From: Blepharisma stoltei ATCC 30299
Taxonomy: Eukaryota > Protista > Ciliophora
Length of the DNA: 64,000 nucleotides
Assembly (NCBI GenBank): GCA_965603825.1
Contig: CBFDEM010000056.1
Coordinates: 124,001 to 188,000, forward strand
Direction: 5' to 3'
Shown one piece after another: positions 11,388-24,928 of this stretch. Position 1 is the first letter of the stretch. Every line of letters starts with the position of its first letter. Position numbers and translations under genes: made by a program. Below the pieces are notes generated by a model. The model saw only the letters and a program-made list of their open reading frames with translations, made no database searches and was not told where the DNA came from.

Positions 11388-12776
11388 ATGAACAATGCGA
11401 CTATGGAAGATGACAACACCAACACAACACAAGACAATATCCTTATAGACAACAAAAAGGTGCAAAAGCTCAAATTATCCTTTGCACATTTGACTGAGCA
11501 ATACAAAGTTAGAGAGCTGCTTAAAAAAATAGACACAATTTCAGCTTTATGTGGCCTGGCTGCGATTCCTTTAGAATATTTTCAGGTAAGTGTAAATTAG
11601 AATGAGGAATTCCGTAGCAATGATTTTACTTCAAATCATAAAGTTTTGACTATGAGGGTTTTTGAGCTGCTGCTGACTATTGCGTTGAGTAAAATTTAAG
11701 CAGTTTTTTGTTTGACGATTAGATATAGAGTCAATAAAGACTTAATGAGTTTAAGAAAAAGAAACCAAGAAAGTGATGGCTTAAATGCTTCAAATTTTCT
11801 GTCAGGGCTAGCATTAGAAATAGCGATTTGCATTGTGTTCACTCCTCCAGGATTAGATTATACGTTTAGTGGGCATGTGCTTTCAGGGACTTATAAGTAT
11901 ACATTTTCTGATGTAGCTTTAGAGATTATGATTTTAAGAATGTATTTATTTTTAAGGCTTTATGGGCATTATTCTAAGTGAAACAGTAACTTAGCAAAAG
12001 ATCTGTGCCACAAATTTGGGACTGACAATGACTTTATATTTGCTATTAAATCTGATATAAAAGATAGGCCATATACCACTATAGGTGTAGCCTTAACTGG
12101 GCTTATAATTATATATGGAGTTGCTATAAGAACAGTAGAAAGAGGGTTTACCGGTCCATATATGGCAGCTAACATGGATCAATTATTTAATGACGAATGG
12201 CTGACTTTTATCACAATGTTTACAGTCGGATACGGCGATTTCTATCCCTCTACTCATTTTGGACGTCTATTTAGTACAATAGCTTGTATTTCAGGGCTTG
12301 TCATTATTTCTATGTTTATCGTCGCCCTGACTATTACAAGTGAATTTGATAAAAACCAAACTTTAGCGTATATGGGAATCAGAAATAAAGCTAATGAAGA
12401 AAAATGGTATGTGTCTGCAAAAGAAGTGATAAAACAAGCCTTAATTTGTAAACAGTCACAAGGGGATCCTGTTAAAAAACTTGGCAATATGATAAAACTA
12501 AGACAAAAAGCTCATAGTTTTAAAAGACAAACAGAACTCAGCAGCTTAATGGATATCACCGCTGCTGAAATGCTTTACGATTTGCAAGAAAAACTAGAAG
12601 GAAAAATAGTTTCAACCAAAAAACTTATTGGCAACGTCCCAAGCTTACAATTAAAATGTGCTAACCTCCACAATAAGCAGCTTGAAATTGATAAAAACCT
12701 TGATCAGCTCATAGAGCAGCAGAATAAAATCATGGACTTTATCGCCATCAATTTAGAAGGAAAAATGTTAACCTAA
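11388..12776 (+). CDS. Small-conductance Ca2+-activated K+ channel (SK/KCNN-like)
   Basis: Introns at 11586-11600 and 11689-11703; TGA=W at 11979. LEIAICIVFTPPG, MILRMYLFLR, FAIKSDIKDRPY; pore WLTFITMFTVGYGDFYP; C-terminal coiled coil. Confidence 0.9.
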
Positions 12777-12825
12777 TTTGTCAATTTTAAAAAATAAAAA
12801 ATTTAAAACTATTTAAAATTGTTCC

Positions 12826-14511
12826 TTACCAAATACTAAAAGTCGGAAAGGACGAAAATGTGACCGGAGCATTCCCCTTCTTCGGGTTTTCCATTTTCCA
12901 CACATTTTTATTGATAATTAAATCCTCATTTTTCAGCTCTTTTGTAAACACGTGGTCAAAAAGTTCATCAGCCATCTCCATTTCTGCTTTTTCCTCTTGT
13001 AAAGCTTTTGATAATAGTTCTGCATACCCGCCGTCCAATTTTACGCTACCTAAATCTTCCCATTTGACACCTACAAACATATTTTTCAGGTGCCTCAATT
13101 TGTGCCTTGCCAAAAATTGCAAGACTCTAGCGTCAAGATTTGCATTGTTTTCTGAATTAAAGCTGCTGGCTTCGGCTGATAAGCCTTTTCTAGCAGCAAT
13201 CCCTCGATGCAGCACAAATTCATCAGTTGTGCTATTTATATGGTTTACGGCAGCTACGTTTTCTGTAGGAATAAATCCAAAGGAAAAAGGCTTATTCAGG
13301 CAGAATGGGGTTTGGGCGATTTTTTGGTGAGGGTCTGGGGAGAGCATGCATTTTTGGGGATGAGGGGTTTGGGACTTATAGTTGCTATTTATTGGGTACT
13401 CTTTGAAGGGAGAACTATCAACGATTCTTCTGTCCTTTGTGCTGTGATAGAAAGGACAGTCTTGCATTTTTGGACAGTTCCGGCCTAGCGTGCATGATCT
13501 TGTTTTGTAAGTCCTGGGGTGGTATTCGATTTCTTTTCATCCGTGGCATCGGGTGCAGCTCATCATATTGTGACATCCGCCTTCTTCGTAGCTTAAAATA
13601 AAAGTTGAGGATTTCCAGTTCGGGCAAGGCAAAGATTCATAGTCAACCTGATTAGGTTTTCTCCTGAAGTCCTGCCAGTTGTGAGCATAAACACACAAAG
13701 CTTTATCATGCGGCGCATTAAAAGGACACCAAACCGTTTTAAAATGATTCAGATAAAAATTATGGTCTCTCGGGTAGTTATGAATAAGTTCTACCTTTAT
13801 ATCATCTTCTGAGTGCGCAAAACTGCAAAAATTCCCATAATCACAATTTTCTGTTTTATAAGGGAAAAAGGTACAAAATTTCGTTTTGTATTTTTCAGGA
13901 TGGTAAAGCTGCTCAACCCTATTGTGGGATTTCCCACAAGCTTCATTGCCGCATACTTCTTTTTCGCCGTCTCCACATAAATCTGGAGAGTAGTGGTCTA
14001 GTCTTCTTTTGTCACGATTTGAGTGGTAAAATTCACAATGTTTAGGGTTGTGAGGAGTCGTAATCTTGCAAGGCTGAGTCTTGAAATAGGAGAGGTTGAG
14101 ATGCTCAGGCTTTTCTACAAGCGTAGATATAGAATGGGCCTTAGGGGTGGCTTGGAAAATCCGAAGCGGCTCAAAATCTCGATGGGCATCGGCGCATAGT
14201 GTCGGTCCTCTGCAGTCTTCTTGGCTACACCATGTAGTTTTATACTTGCTAGGGTGGTAATTAAGTTCAGAAAAGGTGTGGCAGGACGAGCAGGAGTCTC
14301 CTTTAGAACAATTTTTTCCTTGGATAAGCTGATGGCACATAACAGCTGTATAGGCAAGATTCCCTGAGCTGAGGAATGGACTTCTCCTTCTTTCTGAAAG
14401 AGAATGGTAGTTCAAGCAGGTTTGTTGGCTGTGGCATTGCCTTGTGCATGGCTGGACTAGGTAAGTTTGGAGGAATGAAATATGTTGAGGAAGTTCGTTA
14501 ACTGCTAACAT
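12826..14511 (-). CDS. Unkempt-like tandem CCCH zinc-finger RNA-binding protein
   Basis: Joined through TGA=W at 13537 (CHG[W]KENEYHPRTYKTRSC). Repeated YHPxxYKTxxC, CSFAHS and FKTVWCP...CVYAHNWQDFRRKP motifs. Confidence 0.88.
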
Positions 14512-15072
14512 TTTAAATTTAAATAAATTACGTTATTTACAGAACTTAAATCATTAATGGGTACAATTTTAATTAGTAAAGTTGGTAAGGTTTAATATCA
14601 TTTGAGTCATTATTGATAAAAATATTTTCACCAAAAATATGTTAAGGTAAATATTTTAGGTTGATTAGTTGTGCCCTGATTAATATTTTAATGACTCATC
14701 TTAAATATATGAAAATCAATATAAATTGGAATTAAAATTCAGAAAAACGAAATTATTCTTATTTGAGGTTTTGGAAATTATTATTGTAAGGCAGATTTTT
14801 TGGATACTAAAAAAATTTAGAATGACACTTTTGTGTGAAAGTAACAATTAAGCAAATCTGCTTCTTTATTGATAATATTATGTATAAGCCTAAAGATTGT
14901 ACAAATGATCAGATAATGATAACTATTTAACATTCCATTTGAATTCGAAACGATTTATCAGAATTAATTTATAATTTATTGCAAGCTGATAAGCTTAAAT
15001 ATTTTTTAAAAATTAGCTTCTATCATCTTTCGACATTTTGGTTTGATCCATTTCATATTTCCTACTAAGAAA

Positions 15073-16374
15073 ATGATTATCTTTTTCCTAATAATTGGTG
15101 CTAGTGCATTTATCAATGATATTTCATTATCTTATCTCCCAACTCTCGATCCAAATATTATATCAAATGGCTCAGTAATCGGTGACACATATCCCAAAGT
15201 TCTTTCTTTACCAGACATAGATTACAACTCAATGCAAACATTCTGAATATGGTCAATCAGCAATTCCTATAACGTCACCATCATGATAGATTCTATAGAC
15301 TCAAAAACTGTATTACCTTCTATTATCAAGCTCCCTAATAAAAATACCTCAAGCCAAGAGTCCATGATATCAATCAACGCATCACCGACCCCAAAAGCTT
15401 TTACGATTAACTTTGATTGTATAAAAGACGGTACAAGTGACATTCTCTTAGACATAAAACTAGAAAACCAGACCTATGAGCTGGAATTCTCAAAAACCTG
15501 CTACAGTGGGCTGAGAAATGATTTATCAGTGCTCTTTAATGGCGAAGAAGTGATATCTGAAGGAATTACAAATGACCAATGGATTGATGGTAAAAAAGAA
15601 ATCACTGGAGACCTTTCTTTTATCACAAAAATCTCTAAAGGAATCCAAAAAGTCGAAGATATAAAAATTACCTCAAATTCTGGAGTCAAGCTGTCAGGAT
15701 CTTTACCAAAAAGTGGCTATATTACTGCTGCAGATTCTTATTTAGAATTAGAGTTCTCTGGAAATGATAATGAAATTGTCCACGTAAGGCTTGTTATCCC
15801 CCCATTTGACTCAGTAGGCTTTGCATTTCGGCACAATGATAAAGCAGAAAGTAATATTTTGAACCTAAACATCGGTTTTTCTCAATATGATAATGATATA
15901 ATGGAGTCAGGAAAACCGCTATATGGCTCTCCTTTTGATATTGACAGTTCTGTCCCTTCAACATCTTTTTATCTATCATCTTTTGACTATATAAAATTAT
16001 CACCTCCAATTATAACAGCTGACACTGAAATAATGCAGCCTGATATTGTATATGATTCGCTTATTATAAGCCCTATCCACGAAATATTCAAGATAAATTA
16101 CAGATGTCTTAATGATGGAAGGTAATTTTAAAATAGCTCGCTGATTACCTTGGTTTTTCAGCAAGAGCAGTCTAAAGCAGAAATTTCTATATACAAGCAC
16201 TGCAAGAAGTCACAAATTATTATTGACTCTGATTCTGGAATTTTAAGCAATTTATATTTAATTTTAGGGATCGCAGTAATGTATTTAATTCTTGCGTTCT
16301 TGTGGTTTACAATTAAAAGGAAGGCGAAAGGAGAACATAATACAGGAGAAGATTTAGAATTGAAGACAGTTTAA
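15073..16374 (+). CDS. Type I membrane protein of unknown function
   Basis: Signal peptide MIIFFLIIGASA; TGA=W at 15244; intron 16122-16136; single C-terminal TM followed by a basic tail. Confidence 0.7.
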
Positions 16375-16451
16375 CAATAAATATGATAATAAATCTATTT
16401 TATTATATATGGAGATTATAAACATGTTGAAAATATGTAAAACACAAATAA

Positions 16452-17564
16452 ATGCAAATTCTATTTGTTTTGTTAGCTCTGGGGTTAGCTAAAAGTCTTT
16501 CTTGCAACTCATATCAATGTAAGACTCCAAGCCAAAATTTACAACAAAATCAATGTATATATTGGGATCAAGCCACTAATGGGTATTTTCTTCAACTATG
16601 CACAGAAATAGAAAAACCTTATTGCCAGCTTCCAGACGAGCTTACTCCCTCAAATGAAACATGCAGCCAAATCCAGCCCTCAGCCCCGCTTATATACCCA
16701 GGCGAAAAATGCACCACCAGCTCAGACTGTGCACATTCAAAGCAAGGCTGTCTCCAAGGTGTCTGTCGAGGAACCTTAGAAAATCAAAGCTGCACATCGT
16801 CTTGGGACTGCGATATTGGTCTTTATTGCAGTCCTACAAATGTCTGCACAAAATTAATCTCTGATGGCGGAAAAGGCTGCAGATCAGAATTTGACTGTGA
16901 AAACTGACTTGGCTGTGATATTGATGAAAATTCCCACTCAACAGAAGGGACATGCAGGCCTTATTATAGTATTTTGCCTCATGAGACTGTAAAATCATGC
17001 TCTTCAGAAGGAATAAATACCTTATGTTCTTCTAATATGTGTGGGATCCCAGAACTAGGTGAAAATATTGTTTGTACAAAGCCATTATCTTCATCAAAAA
17101 AAGTTCCAATGCCTTGTGACTCAGACGCCTCATGTACTTCAACCACTGACGACTTATTTAAGACAACATTTTATAGTAACTGTTCTTGTGGTTATAATCC
17201 AGAAGGGGAAGCTTTTTGTAATTTATTCCCTAATGATGAGCCATTTGAGAAATTTATTAAAATAATGACAAAATGATATCATAGTGAAAGTGTAAAACAG
17301 TGCCATACTATGAGAAGAAATGCTTGAAATTGTATTACAGACTGGTGGAATACAAATGATGCGACGACACTAATATATTTTCAGCTTAAGGTAGAAAGGT
17401 GGCCTTATATACAGAAAAATGATATGTGTGTGAGCACTATTTATGAAGTGGAATATAATTTTTGGAAACAAGCCTATGAGAAAATGGTAGACGACAATGA
17501 TGACGATGATAATGGGATTTTGATGTATTTAGCAGAAGGGTTAGGGTTATTCTTATACTTATAA
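16452..17564 (+). CDS. Cys-rich secreted/surface protein with Dickkopf-N-like CxxxxDC repeats, possible GPI anchor
   Basis: Signal peptide; PGEKCTTSSDC, CTSSWDCDIGLYC, CRSEFDC. Open through TGA at 16905, 17274 and 17325 to TAA at 17562; hydrophobic C-terminus. Confidence 0.8.
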
Positions 17565-17581
17565 TAAATTAAACGAAATAA

Positions 17582-18694
17582 ATGGAGCTAATTAGATACG
17601 ATGAAGTACATAAAACTCATTGCACAAAAGCAAAAGAGTATATAATTAGGGTTGCTGAAGATATTGAAGAAGAGAAAAGCTGAATGTTTAGAGAAATTGA
17701 GTATTTTTTTGAAGCTATAAAGCTAAAATTCAAATTCTTTCCAAAAATCATATCCAAAAAAAGCGAATCATTTCATATAATAAACATCAAAAAACCTAGA
17801 GTTGCTGACAAAGTAATAATCTTATCTATATCAAAAGCTCACGGAATAACCCACACAGACACAATTTTAAAAAGAACTGGATTGATTTCCCTTATTTTTA
17901 GAGACACTTTTATGCTAATTGATACAGCTTATTTACCAAATTCAGAAGGCAGTTTAGTTCTATCTGAAGATATGAAAACCATTTACGGGATTTTGCTGCC
18001 TTGCACAATGTCACAGCAATTTGAATTTGGCATTCTTTATACTCGAATTTTGCGGGGAGACTATTCACTTACCCCAGCTCCTAAAATTCATGAGATTTTT
18101 CCTTCGATTGTAAAAGTTTTTGCAAAAATGACAGGATCAGGAGTTTCCATTAGCCAAAATCTGATCATTACTAATTCCCACGTTGCGAAAAATTCAAAAA
18201 ATATTGATATTTATGCCCAAGATAAAAAATGTGAAGGGAAGCTTAAGGCTGCTTATAATTTAATAGATCTAGCAAAAATTGAAGTAGAGAGGAATATACC
18301 AATTGTTGAAAAAGCCAAAGAATTTATATATGGAGAAACAGTTTATGCAGTTGGCTTTGGATTATTTAACCCTTGAGAGCTAAAATGTCCTATAGTCACA
18401 ATTGGGAGTTTAAGCAAAATAGTTTATTATAAAAATAAGCCGATTGCGATTCAGTTTACAGCACAGTCGTTTAGTGGACATAGTGGGGGTGGAGTTTTTA
18501 ATGAGAAAGGAGAATTAATTGGCATCATTGTGTCGAATGCGAGGGAGCGGGAAGGGAATATAATACCAACTTTAAACCTTTGTATCCCTCATACAGTTTT
18601 TGAGGATGAGGAACTTCTGAATGATACTGATCCTTTTATTACAGATTTATTTAATTATGAAACAGTAAGAATCCTTCCTGAGCCTAGACTTTAG
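17582..18694 (+). CDS. Peroxisomal trypsin-like serine protease (TYSND1/DEG15-like)
   Basis: TGA=W at 17681 and 18374. Catalytic triad motifs TNSHV, IDLA, SGHSGGG; GELIGIIVSNAR...IPTLNLCIP; C-terminal -PRL (PTS1-like). Confidence 0.8.
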
Positions 18695-19573
18695 GAATCA
18701 AAAATTAATATTAGTGTTTTAATTTTTTATCAAAATAATGCATTTATCATTGTACTCTTTTATTTAAGCCGTCTGTATAACTCGATTCAATTTAATTGAA
18801 AATTAATAAAATATAATTAGAATTAAATTAATATGTCTAATAAAAATCAAATTTATTATGTATAATTTCTGCTGGCAAATCCTAGCCAAACTACATAAAT
18901 TTATAAGAATGAATAGCCTGAATTCTTAATTTCAAAGATTTTCTTCCTCTCTATTCTAATAAGTTTATATTAATTGTCTTATAGTAAGTCAATTAATACT
19001 TCAATATTCTTAAATAAACTTTAAGCTTCTGGTCTATATTTTAAGTGGAAAATAATTCTTTGCGAGAGAGGTTTTAAAAGTTTAAGAAATTATGCAAAAG
19101 TCATTATTTTGCCAAAATGTGAAACTGATCTTAGATTTTCATTTTTAAGGCTATAAATATGTAATTTGTTTAAGCAAACTACTGCATGAAGAAATAAGAT
19201 TTGCAGGCTGGACTACAGTGTTTTAATTCTTGCTTATAAAAGAAAGTTAGTATCCAATAGAAAGAAGAGGTAAGAAAATTTAAAATGAGCTATAACAAAC
19301 AACAGAAATCTAACCAAAAAGACTTTCAAATAAAATATATAATGAGTCCATAATAAAATTGCAAAGGAAATTAAAGAATATCCCAAATTAAAAATATCAA
19401 AAAATAACTCTGGTAAAATTGCTTTTATTTACTGATCAGCATGCTTTTATTATGCAATAGCTGCACTCTATATCTTTATTCTCACTATTAATTTAAATAA
19501 TTTTGCTGTTCATAAGACATTTTTCAAGATTCCTCTATGATAATATCAGCATTAATTAATCACCAGATAAGAA

Positions 19574-21103
19574 ATGGAGCCATCTACATCCAAAATCTTT
19601 AAGTCGATGCGTCCGGTAACTTTTAATTCTCCTCGCTCCTCTGTCAATTTACTAAAGAAAAAAAGAATCGAACCTATCAGAATATCAAAAGCAAGCTCAA
19701 ACGACCCCAAAGTTGATAACTTTTATCCAAAGGTTGGAAGGTTTCAAAACTTCGAATCCAAGCCAAAATACGATTTTTCCGCAACAGCCCGGGCTCCTCT
19801 AAATTTAAATCCTAGACCCCTCCAACAAAAGCTCAACAAAGCTAGTTCGGCAAGGAATATCTCAGCAAGCGATTTTAAATATCCACATGCATTAAGTTCG
19901 TCACTAAAACCAACAGTCAATTTGATACCAAAAAGCGAAATACACTTCCCAATAACCCCGAAAATAGCATTAACTCAATTAATAGATGAACTTAGTGACT
20001 TCGAAAAAAGAGAAGTTTTAGAATATGCCGAAATTTACTATTTAGGAAAAAATAACTGTAAAATAATGCGAATTGAAGATGGACATAATAATGGGTATGA
20101 TAATGACCATTCTGATTACCTTTTAATAAAAGGCGACCATATAGCTTATAGGTATGAAGTTATTAGCATGCTTGGAAAAGGGAGCTTCGGACAAGTTTGC
20201 TTATGTTTTGACCATAAGCGCCAAGAACAAGTAGCTATAAAATTGATAAAAAATAAAAAAAGATTCCATCATCAAGCTGCAATTGAGATAAAAGTTCTCA
20301 GGGCTTTATTAGAAAATGACCCAAATGATAAAAGCAATATTGTAAGGATGAAAAATTTTTTCCTTTTCAGAAGCCACGTATGCTTGGTTTTCGAGCTATT
20401 AAGCATAAATCTATATGATTTGCTTAAGAATAACAAGTTTGAAGGACTTTCTATCAATTTAATACGAAATTTTGCAAGCCAAATTTTGTCAGCATTGATC
20501 TGCACTAAAAAATTAAATATTGTCCATTGCGATTTAAAGCCTGAAAATATTTTACTAAAAACTGATAGTAAATCAGTTATAAAAGTATGTGATTTTGGGT
20601 CTTCTTGCTTTGGCGATGAAATTGTGTATACTTATATTCAAAGCAGATATTACAGATCCCCTGAAATTATTTTAGGGATTCCTTATACTCCTGCTATTGA
20701 TATGTGGTCTTTTGGCTGCATGATATATGAGCTTTATACAGGAAGACCTTTATTCACCGGCGAAAGTGAGCATGAGCAGCTTATTTTAATAATGGAATTA
20801 TGCGGAATTCCTAGTGATAGCATGCTTAACCAAAGCGCTAAAATTTCAAAATTTTTTGACGAAGAAAGAAATCCAAAAATAGTCCCTGATAGGCATGGGA
20901 ATATTAGACAGCCTAAAACTCGAAGCTTGATAGATATTTTACCTCAAACAAGTTCTTGCTTTATTGATTTTCTCACAAGATGTCTGGAAATTGACCCAGA
21001 TATTCGGATAACGCCAGCAGAAGCTTTACAGCATCCTTGGATTTTGGAGAATATTCCTCATAATGGAATAAGAAGAAAAACAACAGTCTTGCTAAAGAGA
21101 TAA
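19574..21103 (+). CDS. DYRK2-class dual-specificity kinase
   Basis: DH box NNGYDNDHSDY; GDHIAYRYE; GKGSFGQV; HCDLKPEN; DFGSSC; YTYIQSRYYRSPE. Confidence 0.95.
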   Translation: MEPSTSKIFKSMRPVTFNSPRSSVNLLKKKRIEPIRISKASSNDPKVDNFYPKVGRFQNFESKPKYDFSATARAPLNLNPRPLQQKLNKASSARNISASDFKYPHALSSSLKPTVNLIPKSEIHFPITPKIALTQLIDELSDFEKREVLEYAEIYYLGKNNCKIMRIEDGHNNGYDNDHSDYLLIKGDHIAYRYEVISMLGKGSFGQVCLCFDHKRQEQVAIKLIKNKKRFHHQAAIEIKVLRALLENDPNDKSNIVRMKNFFLFRSHVCLVFELLSINLYDLLKNNKFEGLSINLIRNFASQILSALICTKKLNIVHCDLKPENILLKTDSKSVIKVCDFGSSCFGDEIVYTYIQSRYYRSPEIILGIPYTPAIDMWSFGCMIYELYTGRPLFTGESEHEQLILIMELCGIPSDSMLNQSAKISKFFDEERNPKIVPDRHGNIRQPKTRSLIDILPQTSSCFIDFLTRCLEIDPDIRITPAEALQHPWILENIPHNGIRRKTTVLLKR

Positions 21104-21123
21104 ATTTAACTGTAAATCTAAAT

Positions 21124-22671
21124 ATGTCGGACTTTAGAACTTCCCCATCACGAAGATCAGTTTCGCCAATGGTGAAATCAAAAAACCTCAAAGTGATGAC
21201 CGCACAAAACGAAGCCAGTCATTACAGTGACCCAGAAAATGACGATGTTTTAGACAATGATGAAGAAACCAAAGAAGTGGCGGCTCAACTTATGATGATT
21301 AGAAAAAGACATGATAGAACTAAAGAAGCCAATAATAAAAAGAGGCAATATTTAGAAAAAATAAGAAAAGAATTAGAAAAAGCTAATTCTGTTGCAAGTA
21401 TTGCAGAAAATGATTCAAAAAATTTGCAAGGAAGATTGGAGCAATTAAAATTGTCACTTGAAAATACGAGAAAAAAGCATGAAGATGAAATTAGAGATAA
21501 AAAGACGTATTTGCATGTTCTAGATAGGATGAAAAAAGATAAAATTTCAATGGAAATGAAAGCAAACTCGTTACAAATTGGCTTAAAATCTGCTAAACAA
21601 ATTTTAGACTTGGAAACAGAAAAATATCGAAAAATGAGAGAAACAAAATACCAGTCAAGATTTTTATTGCAAGATATGAAAGAAGGACTAATGCAAGAAA
21701 AAAAACAGAAAGATGACCGCATACAGCAGCTAGAAAAAAACGTAAAACTTCGCCAAGAAGCTGCATTAAGAAGAGAAGAGCGCCAAAAACGCCAAGCAGA
21801 TATAGCAGAAGCAGCCGCAAACGATGATAAAGATTCCCACGAAGTCAAACTAAGAGAAAGTCTCCTTATGCATAGATTTTGGTATACTGTGCTACAAAGG
21901 AAGCTAGATGCAGAAATGCAAAAAGCTATAGGTGTTGAGCAGGCCTTTCAGAAAATAAGGGCAGCAACAGGCTTAATGGATGTCCAGGAAATTGTAGAAA
22001 GATTTTTAACTCGTGAACAAACTTATAATCAGCTATTAAACGCCGTTTCTGAAGCAGAAATAAAGCTAGATACTTTACGGCAGCAAAACGGTGCAGCCAG
22101 AAATCAATTGAAAGGCCTTCAACTTGAGGATGGGGGGAATACAAGAAAAGTCTACGCAGATATTGATGCAATGGAAGATCAGCTGGCTGGATCATATAAA
22201 GAATATTCCAATAATAAAGAAAAACTAAATAAAGCAACAAGGGTGTATGACCAAGTCTTAAATTGGGGCGAAAAAATCATGCATACCCTTGACATCCCAA
22301 ATTCCTTAGAAATAGCTCCAGGAAACCGAATTTCTGAATCAAAAAATACTCTTCATGATATGCTTGAGCTTATTTATTCTAAACTAGAAGACCTTGTACA
22401 GCCAATACAAGAAAGAAAAGAAGAGTCAAGAAAAGCTATGGAAATTTATGCACATAAGAAAACTTCTGATTTAGTGGTAAAAAATATTTAGGCTGAAATG
22501 AGCACCCAAGAAGCCCTTTCTAAAATTGTTAGAGTAAAGCCTGAGTTTTTCAACCCAGAAAGTGAAGAAGAAGCCCAGCTTTTTGAAGCTGAAGAGGAGC
22601 CAGAGCTTGATAAAAATGATTTAAAAGAAGAATCCGCAAGGAAAAAAAATTCCACCAGAAAACATAAATAA
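21124..22671 (+). CDS. Coiled-coil protein, outer dynein arm docking complex (ODAD1/ODAD3-like)
   Basis: Long coiled coil with EQAFQKIRAATGLMDVQEIVERFLTREQTY. Intron 22477-22491 extends the CDS to TAA at 22669. Confidence 0.65.
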
Positions 22672-22691
22672 AATTTCTTATAATATTTTAA

Positions 22692-24830
22692 TTATTGAAT
22701 ATAGCCTTGTGGAAAGATTGAAGGAAGATATTTAGAAACTCTAGCAGTTTTGAAATCTTCTCTATGGCTTATGAATTCTGCTAATATTGTACGATCAATT
22801 GATGCTATAGGCTCTGCATGGATTAAATCAGCTAAAGAATTAGGCGGAAGCATAAATAAATTCATCATTTGCCGAAATTTTTCAAAATCCAAAACAGCTT
22901 TATCATTTTCACACAAAAGCACTAAATTTCGATATTTATTCATATCACTTGATAAAAGCAAGGCTTTTTCTTGGGAAATTGTAAACTTACTTAAATGCTC
23001 TACCACGATTGCGATGAATTTTGTGCCGAGATTGCTTAATAATTTAGATGATTGGGCGGGTGGGAGAGAAGCTTTTATTATTCCAATATGCTGTGATAAA
23101 AACTCATATACAGCGCTACAAGCTTGAGTATTGTCTGTGTATTTTTCATTTTTTAAATAATCTTGTTTTTTTTGTTCATTCGTCAAAATTTTTTCACATT
23201 CTGTAATAATTTGATTTATGCATTTATTTAAACCCTTCATTAAATTTTGCTCTATACTTACACTTAACCTTTTCCTCAGCCCATCACAATGTTCTTTTTC
23301 CGGGTCTTGCAAAGTGTTTATCAGCTGCTTCAAAAAAGCTTTATTGAACTCAGTCGCAATTTTTCATATTTCCGACAATAAGCAAAAAATATTTGATAAA
23401 TATTTTTGTTTATTTCCTTCTAAATTCATAATAGTGATAATTTTATTTATCAAATAAGGAAATAATGAAGTATAAGCAGTATCTAGTCCTATAGTAACTA
23501 GCTGTCCACAGTTTGCATGGACTTCTGAAGGCTGAGATAAATCTTTGCATCTAATCATGGCTTTTCTTATTACAGTTATAATATCACTATTTTTTACTCT
23601 CCCAACAGAATCTAAGCAGGCGTCTATTGTTTTTCTGACCTCTTCATCAGGAGAAATTATTTGCTTCATATCTACAATTATCCTGATCCCTTTATTTGCA
23701 ACTGGCTCAATTACAAAATTATAGGTGGTGTCTAATGAGCTTTTAACTGTTTTAAATTCAACTGTAAAATAATTTGATAAAAAAGGACCAAAAATGTTGT
23801 TAAAAAGATGGTCTAAGGTAGAAGAAATTTGGATATTCAGCTGATGGGTGTCTGTTTTTATTCTTTCAAACATTTCGTGGATGTGGGAATGGGAGTAAGA
23901 TAGGTATTCTAAGTATCTTAAGGTTGTGATATTGTCAGAATCTAGCATATTATGGACAAAAGGCTTCAGCTTAAGCTCTATTATTTCTGCTAATAATAAA
24001 GTAACTACTGGTTCTGTGTCTCCAAAAATTGCAGAGAGTTTAGGATGATTGCTAATAATTTCTCTCGAAAAAACACTTTCAGCTTCTCTTAAAGCTGCCT
24101 CCATTTGGCTTTCAAAAAGATCAAAACTCGTTTTTTTGTCTCTTCTAAATGATTTTTACATTCCGACAGTTTCTGTGATTTTTGAGATATAAAATTGAAG
24201 ACACTCGTTTTGCCCATTGAAATCTGCTAATAAATTATAAGCGTCTTTCATGATATCAATTTCTTTTTTTTCATATCCAATGCGGAATTTTTCAATTAAT
24301 TCAGCTTTTTGAGATAAAAATTTACTCGCGATAATTTGCTGGGCCTAAATAAAAATTACTATAGCGAATTCTGTAAGATCTAAAGAATCAAGAGAATGCT
24401 TCAGTAAAATGCAATGCTGAGGGGATAGGCAGATATCTGACTCATTGCTGTATATTTTTTACTTGTTTAGATGTAAAAGTTCATTTACAAGCTCATAAAT
24501 AAGGATTGCATTTTTTCGATGCTTATCTTTTTCTTCAATTAGTTTATTAGTAATCGCATAGCCTTGGTTTAAATCTTTTACCATAACTCCTGCTAAATCT
24601 AATCCTTTCTGAGCTTTATTATGCCTCTCCACTAAACTTGTATGGAGATTCATCCCTCCTTTTCCTTTCAATTCATTTTGGATTTTTTCAATCTCTTCAA
24701 TTGCTGTGTCTCTTTCTTTTTCTAGCTCTGTTTTAACTCGATTTAAAGCGCCTTCTAAGCTTGTGAGATTAATAATTTCATGATTTTTCAGCAGTTTTTC
24801 ACAGTGCTGCACAGGGTCGAATTCTTCCAT
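22692..24830 (-). CDS. SEC10: Exocyst component Sec10 (EXOC5)-like
   Basis: Four exons (introns 24448-24462, 24345-24359, 24145-24159) plus TGA=W at 23364. C-terminal EQKKQDY...TQAC...LGTKF...EHLSKFTISQEKALLLSSDMNKY pattern. Confidence 0.8.
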
Positions 24831-24928
24831 CTTATAATAATTGATCTTCAATCAACAAAGTTATTCATTTAATACAAAATTAATAATCTATACATTAATT
24901 ATTAGTTAAAACATATGACAAACTGCCA

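Noticed and set aside
17538-17549. gggttagggtta telomere-like sequence
   Set aside because: Only two units, inside a CDS (EGLGL); no telomeric array anywhere in the window.
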